DNA of 39,530 nt from an uncultured Dehalococcoidaceae bacterium (GTDB taxonomy: Bacteria; Chloroflexota; Dehalococcoidia; Dehalococcoidales; RBG-16-60-22), in contig CAYTZI010000001.1 of NCBI GenBank assembly GCA_964442335.1, positions 1 to 39,530 on the forward strand, read 5' to 3'. Positions 18,060 to 24,495 of the stretch are shown piece after piece. Numbering within the stretch: the stretch's first letter is position 1; each line of letters starts with the position of its first letter. The translations under genes and the position numbers were made by a program. The notes below the pieces were generated by a model. It was not told the DNA's origin, made no database searches, and worked only from the letters and a program-made list of their open reading frames with translations.

Positions 18060-18182
18060 CCCCTCCCTGCGTTTTCAGGGAGGGGAAAAATAAAGAGGGG
18101 CCGGCGCCCCTCTTAAACGCCCCGCTGGTCAGGAGCAAACCTCTCCCCCTTTAGTTCCCCCTCTCCGCTGGCAGAGAGGGGG
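18060..18182. repeat. Cluster of three perfect polypyrimidine/polypurine hairpins (GAGAGGGG family)
   Basis: CCCCTCCCTG(18060-69)/CAGGGAGGGG(18076-85). AAGAGGGGC(18093-101)/GCCCCTCTT(18106-114). CCCCCTCTC(18157-65)/GAGAGGGGG(18174-82). Confidence 0.9.
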
Positions 18183-18192
18183 AAGATTCAAG

Positions 18193-18491
18193 GTAAGATA
18201 TGGATGGTGCGAGGGCGGTTTGGGTGGGAATCCTTCGACGGGCTCAGGATGAGGGGTAAGAAAATGAAGATACGAGGGCGGCAAGGGTGAGAAGAGATGA
18301 CAACTGAAGGAAGTTGACTTACTGGATTCCGGCCTGCGCCGGAATGACATTAATATATATGGTCTACTGGTAAACAAAGACAGGTAAGAATATGAAGATA
18401 CGAGGGCGGAGGGTGGAAATCCTTCGACAAGCTCAGGATGAGCGGGTAAAAAAATTTCCCGTAAAAATGGATGAGAAAACATGCTCACCCG
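18193..18491. repeat. Three to four imperfect copies of a ~63 nt unit GTAAGAWWATGRAKRTRCGAGGGCGG-N-GGTGGRAATCCTTCGACRRGCTCAGGATGAGSGG
   Basis: Unit 1 is 18193-18255, a truncated unit 2 starts at 18256, unit 3 is 18384-18445, and a partial unit follows from 18446. The array is interrupted by hairpin ATTCCGGC-ctgc-GCCGGAAT (18326-18345). The minus-strand track ORF 18129..18488 (HPELVEGF.../PEPVEGF) is the spurious translation of this repeat. Confidence 0.85.
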
Positions 18492-18718
18492 CCTTTACAA
18501 GCATCAATTATTATGTCAAACGATAAATACCCCAAAACACTGGGGCGTACAATATATGTTATGTAGAGTTTATCACGTACGACAGGTATATTTACATAAA
18601 GTAAAGGGGGCTCCCCTGCTAACAAAAATCAATAATTAAAAATCTAATCTCAAAAATTAAACTTAGAACTAAAACTTTTTTCAGATTGCCGTATAGTTTA
18701 CCGCAGACGGATGATAAT

Positions 18719-19291
18719 TTAACCAATACCTAACTTCTTCAACATCTCCACAATTTCTTTGCCGGTGGCGCGGCACTCATCCATGGCGGTCGTGCCGATG
18801 CCGCCGCCAACGCCCGTCCTGACATCGCCCTTGCCGGGCCCGTAGCCGATAGCGCCCCGGAGGGCTATCATGCCCTGGGTGATGAACCAGCCCTGCACCT
18901 GAACGCGTGTCTGACCCGCTCCTATCCTCCTTAAAGCCAGGACCGGCGCCGCCACCTTGCCCTTGAGCCGGTGGTCGGAAAGGTAGCAAAAAGTACGGTC
19001 GATGACGGCCTTGGCCTGCGCCGTAACGTAATTAAAGTACACCGGGCTCCCGAAAACGATAGCGTCCGCCCACTCCATCTTGGTATAGAGCGACTGCATA
19101 TCGTCCCTGATCTTACAGCCGCCGGTCTGAAAACAGCTCCCGCAGCCATCGCAACCCTCGATTTTCTTACCGGCAACCAGGAAGATATCCGTCTCCGCGC
19201 CCTCTTTGCGGGCGGCGGCCAGCACCTCCTCGACCATTATCTCGGTATTACCGCCGGGCCGGGGGCTGCCAACGATACCCAGAACTTTCAT
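18719..19291 (-). CDS. NADPH-dependent FMN reductase / iron-sulfur flavoprotein-like (flavodoxin fold)
   Basis: MKVLGIVGSPRPGGNTEIMV...CDGCGSCFQTGGCKIRDDM...ADAIVFGSPVYFNYVTAQAKAVIDR. AGGAGG RBS. Confidence 0.8.
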   Translation of the reverse strand: MKVLGIVGSPRPGGNTEIMVEEVLAAARKEGAETDIFLVAGKKIEGCDGCGSCFQTGGCKIRDDMQSLYTKMEWADAIVFGSPVYFNYVTAQAKAVIDRTFCYLSDHRLKGKVAAPVLALRRIGAGQTRVQVQGWFITQGMIALRGAIGYGPGKGDVRTGVGGGIGTTAMDECRATGKEIVEMLKKLGIG

Positions 19292-19362
19292 CTCGAAATC
19301 CTCCTTCCTGCCAACCGAGTATACGCTTTTTACAAAACCTTAATCAAAATTTTATAAAATTT

Positions 19363-19393
19363 AATTCGCCACATGGCGAATTTAGAATATAAT
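19363..19393 (+). promoter_or_regulatory. Palindromic operator-like site overlapping a TATAAT promoter candidate
   Basis: AATTCGCCA-ca-TGGCGAATT (19363-19382, 9 bp arms), immediately followed by TATAAT (19388-19393). This lies in the divergent region between the flavoprotein gene and ORF 19396. Confidence 0.35.
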
Positions 19394-19395
19394 CA

Positions 19396-19815
19396 ATGTA
19401 TATGCTGTTCATCATCAGAAACCTGACAAAGATAGCCGCATTTATCTTTGTCGTTATATTCGTATGCCTGGCGTTTCCGCGCCTCAGCTCGATAGTATTT
19501 CCACCCATACCGGAGCCATCCGCCAGTTTCGATTGCGATGACTGCACCCTGCTCATGCTCGAGCACTTCCAGGAGATCGGCGTAGATTCCACGCCGATTA
19601 TTGGCAACCTAAAGATGACCGGCGAAGACTACATAGAGAGCAACCACGTCTGGCTGCTGGTGAAATCCGGCGACATGGAAATCGCCTACGACTGGGGCAC
19701 GCCCCGCTTCGACCGGCAGCACTACGAAGGCTATGTCATAACACTGGACCAGCTCCAGAGCGCCATCGCTCAGGACGAACAGGGCGGCAGCGCGCTAGCT
19801 GCCACAGAACAATAG
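19396..19815 (+). CDS. Hypothetical membrane-anchored protein (139 aa)
   Basis: N-terminal TM segment (IAAFIFVVIFVCLAF), then a soluble domain with an ordered Cys...His...Asp pattern (DCDDCTLLMLEHF / SNHVWLLV / AYDWG). The start could be ATG 19402. Confidence 0.5.
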   Translation: MYMLFIIRNLTKIAAFIFVVIFVCLAFPRLSSIVFPPIPEPSASFDCDDCTLLMLEHFQEIGVDSTPIIGNLKMTGEDYIESNHVWLLVKSGDMEIAYDWGTPRFDRQHYEGYVITLDQLQSAIAQDEQGGSALAATEQ

Positions 19816-19912
19816 CCGCAAGCTACCATCCATACAGAATCACTGAACGGGGATATACCGCGCTGTTCTGGTAAAAATATTATGAAAAGTGAGCCATTAT
19901 ACCAGTTTGCCA

Positions 19913-20683
19913 TTATGGGTCGATATTTGCTAAAAACGTTATGTAGTAAATATCGCCCAACCTATATGTAGCTACCGCACCATATTTCGTGACGGTACTT
20001 AGAAACTTTGGGGTGAATTCGTGCTTTTGTTGCTTCCAGACCGCCATCACGCCGTTAACCAGGCCGTCGAATGTCTCCTGTCCCGAGGTTATTAAGACAG
20101 CCTGCGTGGAAAGCCAGCTGGTATATTTAAATTCGCCCGTCTCCGACATGGAGACGCTGTTCTGCCTCGCCCAACTGTAAAGGTTCACGCCCCATTCAAG
20201 CTCATCCAATCCGGCATTGCGTCTTTCCTGGTTTACCAGATTGAAAATAGCCTGGTCAACCTCTTCATTGCTGAACTCCGTGCTACTTTGAAACATGCTA
20301 TCATATTGTTTCTGCAGCTCTTCAAATTCCTGATTCAGCATGTCATAATCAATCTCCAGTCCCTGGATTTCACTGAGCCTGGCGTTGTCCTGCACTAAAA
20401 GCTGTTGGTAACTATCGTTCAACGCATCAAAGTCTGACCTGACGGTCTGTAATTCAGCAGCCGCGGCATCATACTGATTTTTCAAATCCTGGTATTGAGT
20501 TTCGAGAATAGTCGCATCATCCAGTTTTTCCTGTAAGGCTTGGACCTGGGTCATGGCGTCGTCAAGTTCATTTTTTACCCGGTCGTACTCTTCGTTTGAC
20601 ACCGACGAGGAACAGCCAAATAATCCAAGAAGGACAACGATTGAAACTACTGAAATTATGATGATTCTAATACTGTATTTCAT
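19913..20683 (-). CDS. Lipoprotein with a coiled-coil region and a C-terminal CAP/SCP (YkwD-like) domain
   Basis: Signal peptide plus lipobox (VVLLGLFGC). A heptad-rich Q/E/D/L region (~100 aa). C-terminus AIFNLVNQERRNAGLDELEWGVNLYSWARQNSVSM...VMAVWKQ...YGAVATY resembles the CAP superfamily. Confidence 0.6.
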   Translation of the reverse strand: MKYSIRIIIISVVSIVVLLGLFGCSSSVSNEEYDRVKNELDDAMTQVQALQEKLDDATILETQYQDLKNQYDAAAAELQTVRSDFDALNDSYQQLLVQDNARLSEIQGLEIDYDMLNQEFEELQKQYDSMFQSSTEFSNEEVDQAIFNLVNQERRNAGLDELEWGVNLYSWARQNSVSMSETGEFKYTSWLSTQAVLITSGQETFDGLVNGVMAVWKQQKHEFTPKFLSTVTKYGAVATYRLGDIYYITFLANIDP

Positions 20684-20730
20684 AGCGCATCTCCATTGCT
20701 TCTCTGAAAAAAGTGCTTCTCAGTTAAAAG

Positions 20731-20759
20731 AGTATATACATTAATTAGCGGATTTGCAA
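20731..20759 (-). promoter_or_regulatory. Sigma70-like promoter candidate for the lipoprotein gene
   Basis: On the minus strand: TTGCAA (20754-20759), a 17 nt spacer, TATACT (20731-20736), about 48 nt upstream of the ATG at 20683. Confidence 0.45.
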
Positions 20760-20833
20760 GGGCTCTGAGGCTCGCGATTGGACTGACACGTTTTCTCAAA
20801 CTCCGGCAGGAAATTATTAATCAGTTCCGGAAG

Positions 20834-20906
20834 TGGGCTCGGTAGGATTCGAACCTACGACCAACCGGTTATGAGCCGGCCGCTCTGACCGCTGAGCTAC
20901 GAGCCC
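20834..20906 (-). tRNA. tRNA-Met (anticodon CAT), no encoded CCA
   Basis: Reverse complement GGGCTCGTAGCTCAGCGGTCAGAGCGGCCGGCTCATAACCGGTTGGTCGTAGGTTCGAATCCTACCGAGCCCA. Acceptor GGGCTCG/CGAGCCC, anticodon loop CTCATAA. It lacks initiator features (paired 1:72, no GGG/CCC anticodon stem). It could also be a lysidine-modified tRNA-Ile2. Confidence 0.9.
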
Positions 20907-20987
20907 ATGGGTCTCCCCTATTTTAATCCCGATACCACCACAATATCAAGCCAACCACGTTTGAAATACAATGTGATAAATAGTAAG

Positions 20988-21251
20988 ATGAAAATAAATC
21001 CAAGAAGGATGGGGATTTTGGCCGGGCCCGACTGGGAAATAACCGCGACAACCGTATACTGTGAAGCCGTCGATGACGAGGTAACGCTGATGGTCTACGG
21101 CGACGGCACCTGCAAATGCACCGGCAGCGAAAAGTACTCCGCGGCGGATAAAAAGACAAAAAGTTCGTCCGGGGTTAAAAAGCGCGAGTGCACCGGGGTT
21201 GATTGCACCATATTAACCGCATACAGGGACAGCCTTTTAAAGAAACAGTGA
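20988..21251 (+). CDS. Small Cys-rich hypothetical protein (87 aa)
   Basis: MKINPRRMGILAGPDWEITATTVYCEAVDDEVTLMVYGDGTCKCTGSEKY...RECTGVDCTIL. The track start 20907 abuts the tRNA-Met 5' end at 20906, so I prefer the internal ATG 20988, which has a weak RBS. Its stop overlaps the GTG start of the next gene. Confidence 0.4.
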   Translation: MKINPRRMGILAGPDWEITATTVYCEAVDDEVTLMVYGDGTCKCTGSEKYSAADKKTKSSSGVKKRECTGVDCTILTAYRDSLLKKQ

Positions 21252-22099
21252 CGACGCCCGATAAAGAACCGACGAAAAACGAAAGCAACCGCGACGTAAG
21301 GATAAGGATTGAAAGCCTTTCACTATCCTTCGGGGGGGTGCGGGCGCTCGTCGATATCAGCGTGGACGTGCGTGACAGGGAAATCCTGGCGATAATCGGG
21401 CCGAACGGCGCGGGAAAGACCTGCCTGCTCAACTGTATCAACGGCTTCTACAAACCGCAGTCCGGCGAGATTTTTTTCGACGGGAAGAGAATCACGCGCA
21501 TACGGCCGGACAGAGCCGCCAGACTCGGTCTTGCCAGGACCTTCCAGAACATCGAGCTTTACACCGGGTTGAGCACGCTGGATAACATCATGGCGGCGCG
21601 GCATGTCCTTATGAAGCAGAACTTCCTGAGCAGCGCCCTCTACTTCGGGCCGGCGCACAAAGAGGAAATCACCCACCGGAAGACAGTCGAGGACATAATC
21701 GACTTCCTGGAAATAGAGTCCATACGCAAGAAAACGGTCGGCATGCTTCCCTACGGCATGAGAAAGCGCGTCGAGCTGGGCAGGGCTTTAGCGCTGGAGC
21801 CCAAGGTCTTACTGCTGGACGAGCCCATGGCGGGCATGAACCTGGAGGAAAAAGAGGACATAGCACGCTTCATCATAGATATATTCGAGGGGCAGGGGGT
21901 AACGTACCCGGACACGCCGGTGCTGCGGGACGGCGTGAGCTGCATCGTGCTGGTGGAGCACGACATGGGGGTGGTGATGGACATCGCGGACCGGATAGTG
22001 GTGCTGGACTTCGGGAGGAAGATAGCGGAGGGGACACCGGAGGAAATAAAGAACAACCCGCAGGTGATAGCGGCTTATCTAGGGGAGGAGAAGGGGTAG
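21248..22099 (+). CDS. ABC transporter ATP-binding protein, LivG type (branched-chain/hydrophobic amino acid transporter family)
   Basis: IRIESLSLSFGGVRALVDISVDVRDREILAIIGPNGAGKTCLLNCINGFYKP, LPYGMRKRVELGRAL, LLLDEPMAGMN, VEHDMGVVMDIADRIVVLDFGRKIAEG. GTG 21248 overlaps the upstream stop (GTGA). ATG 21203 is an alternative. Confidence 0.85.
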   Translation: MTTPDKEPTKNESNRDVRIRIESLSLSFGGVRALVDISVDVRDREILAIIGPNGAGKTCLLNCINGFYKPQSGEIFFDGKRITRIRPDRAARLGLARTFQNIELYTGLSTLDNIMAARHVLMKQNFLSSALYFGPAHKEEITHRKTVEDIIDFLEIESIRKKTVGMLPYGMRKRVELGRALALEPKVLLLDEPMAGMNLEEKEDIARFIIDIFEGQGVTYPDTPVLRDGVSCIVLVEHDMGVVMDIADRIVVLDFGRKIAEGTPEEIKNNPQVIAAYLGEEKG

Positions 22100-22136
22100 C
22101 AGTCAGCAGTTAGCGATTAGCTGTACCACCCCGATG
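22097..22136. repeat. Heptad array (TAGCAGT CAGCAGT TAGCGAT TAGCTGT) followed by ACCACCCCGATG, copy 2 of the module at 17768
   Basis: Starts on the stop codon of the LivG-type gene. Compare tagcgattagctgtaccaccccgatg with ttagcgatttgcgtttagctgcccatccaccccccgatg at 17775-17813. Confidence 0.8.
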
Positions 22137-22214
22137 TCCTTTTCCACATTCAGGATGACATCACTCCCACCTGCGCTCGCCTTTAATACCCTGCTGTAAA
22201 TCCCCCTCACCTTA

Positions 22215-22239
22215 ATCCTCTCCCACAGGGGGAGAGGAT
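22215..22239. repeat. GAGAGGGG-family hairpin
   Basis: ATCCTCTCCC (22215-24) - acagg - GGGAGAGGAT (22230-39), a perfect 10 bp stem. Lies between convergent genes, so it may also act as a bidirectional terminator. Confidence 0.8.
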
Positions 22240-22302
22240 ATGGGCATTGGGTGTACTGCCCTACCTCTGGATCCCCGCTTCCGTGGAAATGAAAGAGAGG
22301 GT

Positions 22303-23586
22303 CTACTCCCACTTGCGCTCGTCTTTAATGCCCTGCTGCTTTTCACCGATACTGCCGGGGGCGACGAACTCGATCCGGTCTATCTTGATACGGCAGATGT
22401 CCTGAAACTTATTATTTATGTCAAGTGATAGCCTGCTTTTGTCAACACTATCGTCTTTTAACTCTAGCTTAAGCGTCATCTCGTCGCGGTGCTGGCGGCG
22501 TCCGACCACCAACTGATACTTTGCGACCTCTCTAAAGCCCGTGATGGCCTGCTCCGCCTGCCTGGCCACGATAAACATGCCCCGAACCTTTACCGCGTCC
22601 CCTGCCCTGCCGACGATGCCGGTGATGCGGTAGGCGGTGCGGCCGCAGGGGCAGGTATCGGTGACGTAAGAGGACAAATCACCCGTGCCGAAGCGGATAA
22701 GCCCCCAGTTCTTGTTCAGGAGCTGCGTGGTAACGATTTCGCCAACCTCGCCGGGGCCCAGCTGCTTCCCCGTCCCGGGGTCGACGATTTCCGTGACGTA
22801 CTCGTCCATGAGGTGCATGCCGGACTTGTGGCGGCACTCGTAAGCGATGGCGCCACCCGGCTCGGTCACGGCATACGCCTGGTAGGTGTCGATACCGTAA
22901 TCTTCTTCAAAGGTCTTTCTCAACGAAGGCGGGAGCATCTCGCCGGTGAACCAGGCGCGATTAACGGAAAGGTCTTTTTTAACGTCGAGACCCATTTCCT
23001 CAGCGCGCCTGATAACGGTATTTAAAAAGCTCGGCGTGCCCACGAAGCCGGTCACCTTGAGGTCTTTCATTATCTGAACCTGGAGGTCGGTGTTGCCAGT
23101 GCCGGCCACGACGACGGTAGCGCCGCAGTCGCGGATGGCCTCGTGGAAGAGGATGCCCGCCGGCGACATGTGGTAGGTAAAAGTGTTGATAACGACATCG
23201 CCCTTCCTGAACCCCGCCGCCCAGAACGACTTGGCGAACCACTTAACGCTGGAGGGCTGTATCTCATAAATAGGACCCGGGGAGATAAAGACGCGCTCGA
23301 CATTTTCAGGTCGCGCGGCGAGAACGCCGCCGAAAGGGAGGCCCGCCTTCTGCATCTCAAGGAGGTCGGTCTTGCGTGTAACGGGCAGCTTTTCCAGGTC
23401 TTTGACGGATTGTATATCCGCGGGGGCAACGCCCGCCTTGTCCAGCAGATTTTTCACCGCCGGCGCGCGCTCATAAGCGTGGGCTACCGTCTCGGCGAGC
23501 TTTTTATCCAGGTACGCAGCGCGGGCTTCCGGTTGCATGATTTCAAGCTCGTCGAAATACTCGTCCCGGCGGGACTTCACAGCCAT
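22303..23586 (-). CDS. Phenylacetate-CoA ligase family protein (PaaK / coenzyme F390 synthetase-like adenylate-forming enzyme)
   Basis: ...YFDELEIMQPEARAAYLDKKLAETVAHAYERAPAVKNLLDKAGVAPADIQSVKDLEKLPVTRKTDL...FTGEMLPPSLR...VTEPGGAIAYEC...GTGDLS... 10 nt overlap with the upstream ATPase gene. Confidence 0.8.
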   Translation of the reverse strand: MAVKSRRDEYFDELEIMQPEARAAYLDKKLAETVAHAYERAPAVKNLLDKAGVAPADIQSVKDLEKLPVTRKTDLLEMQKAGLPFGGVLAARPENVERVFISPGPIYEIQPSSVKWFAKSFWAAGFRKGDVVINTFTYHMSPAGILFHEAIRDCGATVVVAGTGNTDLQVQIMKDLKVTGFVGTPSFLNTVIRRAEEMGLDVKKDLSVNRAWFTGEMLPPSLRKTFEEDYGIDTYQAYAVTEPGGAIAYECRHKSGMHLMDEYVTEIVDPGTGKQLGPGEVGEIVTTQLLNKNWGLIRFGTGDLSSYVTDTCPCGRTAYRITGIVGRAGDAVKVRGMFIVARQAEQAITGFREVAKYQLVVGRRQHRDEMTLKLELKDDSVDKSRLSLDINNKFQDICRIKIDRIEFVAPGSIGEKQQGIKDERKWE

Positions 23587-24368
23587 CGCTTTCTCCTCTT
23601 GTAGTGCTTCACCTCGCGGTAGCTCTTCTTGGTGCCCAGGGCGGAAAGCCCCATGTAGAACTCTTTCACGTCCTCATTATTCTTAAGGAAATCGGCCGTC
23701 CCGTCAAGCACGACGCGCCCGTTCTCCATGACATAGCCGTAATGCGAGATGCTGAGGGCGACGCGCACGTTCTGCTCCACCAGCAGGACGGAAGTCTTCT
23801 GCTCCGTGTTAAAACGCTGGATAATATTGTATATTTCTTCGATGAGGAGCGGCGCCAGGCCCAGCGAGGGCTCGTCCAGCATCATGAGCTTAGGCGTGGC
23901 CATCATGGCGCGGCCGATGACCAGCATCTGCTGCTCGCCGCCGGAAAGGTATCCGGCGATGTTCCGCCGCAGCTCCTTGAGCCGCGGGAAATAATCGTAG
24001 ACCATCTCGAGGTCGCGCTTGACTGCACGTCGGTCGCGCCGGTTATGCGCTCCCACAATTAGGTTTTCCTCGGTGTTGAGGTGCTCGAAGACATGGCGGC
24101 CCTCCAGCGCCTGGATAATGCCCAACCTGCCTATCTCCTCGGCGTTCTTCCTATCGATTCTCTCGCCGTTCCACTCGATAGTGCCGTCGGTTACTTCCCC
24201 CTCCTCCACGTGGAGCAGGCCGGAAACAGCCTTGAGCGTGGTGCTCTTGCCCGCGCCGTTGGCGCCGAGAAGCGCCACGATAGCGCCGTCCTCGACGCTC
24301 ATGGAGACGCCGTGCAGCACCCTGATGACATTGAGGTAGGTGACCTCAATGCTGTTCAGTTTTAGCAT
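23577..24368 (-). CDS. ABC transporter ATP-binding protein, LivF type
   Basis: MLKLNSIEVTYLNVIRVLHGVSMSVEDGAIVALLGANGAGKSTTLKAVSG, LSGGEQQMLVIGRAMM, LMMLDEPSLGLAP, LVEQN. Confidence 0.9.
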   Translation of the reverse strand: MLKLNSIEVTYLNVIRVLHGVSMSVEDGAIVALLGANGAGKSTTLKAVSGLLHVEEGEVTDGTIEWNGERIDRKNAEEIGRLGIIQALEGRHVFEHLNTEENLIVGAHNRRDRRAVKRDLEMVYDYFPRLKELRRNIAGYLSGGEQQMLVIGRAMMATPKLMMLDEPSLGLAPLLIEEIYNIIQRFNTEQKTSVLLVEQNVRVALSISHYGYVMENGRVVLDGTADFLKNNEDVKEFYMGLSALGTKKSYREVKHYKRRKRWL

Positions 24369-24394
24369 TTATTCCCTGCCCTATCCCCCTGTGG

Positions 24395-24437
24395 ATTCCG
24401 GCTCCCGTATCAGGTACGGGACAGGTTTCGCCGGAAT
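24395..24437. repeat. ATTCCGGC...GCCGGAAT hairpin with a 27 nt nested-hairpin loop, copy 2 of the element at 18326-18345
   Basis: GG-ATTCCGGC (24395-24402) ... GCCGGAAT-GACA (24430-24437). It has the same 8 bp stem and flanks as 18324-18349, but the 4 nt loop is replaced by tcCCGTAtcaggTACGGgacaggtttc. Confidence 0.8.
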
Positions 24438-24456
24438 GACAACAGGGCTGCCGGGT

Positions 24457-24488
24457 GGGGCGCCGCCGGAGGCGGCGCCCCCTTTTTT
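24457..24488 (+). other. GC-rich 11 bp hairpin followed by a T-run on the + strand, between the binding-protein and ATPase genes of a minus-strand operon
   Basis: GGGGCGCCGCC-gga-GGCGGCGCCCC (24457-24481), then CTTTTTT. On the sense (minus) strand the hairpin is preceded by an A-run, not followed by a U-run. Confidence 0.6.
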
Positions 24489-24495
24489 CTTTCGC

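Noticed and set aside
18129-18488. Track ORFs translating the repeat regions as proteins: 18129..18488(-), 22103..22312(-), 33232..33507(+), 17699..17944(+).
   Set aside because: Their sequences are direct read-outs of the nucleotide repeats and hairpins (HPELVEGF, PLPLWERIKVRG and the like). They have no start-site signals and lie in regions whose conservation pattern (stems kept, loops swapped) is nucleotide-level.
18542-18569. A dif-like XerC/D site with 11-6-11 architecture (GGGGCGTACAA-TATATG-TTATGTAGAGT) inside the convergent non-coding gap. A second TTATGTCAAAC arm-like motif is at 18511-18521. Genes to the left run mostly on the + strand and genes immediately to the right mostly on the - strand, as expected at a replication terminus.
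   Set aside because: The match to the E. coli dif sequence as I recall it is only about 8/11 per arm. The two arms are poorly palindromic to each other (inner ACAA vs ATAA). Gene orientation further right is mixed, and I cannot compute GC skew by eye. It would be worth testing with a whole-genome cumulative GC-skew plot and a dif HMM, but it is not supportable from this window.
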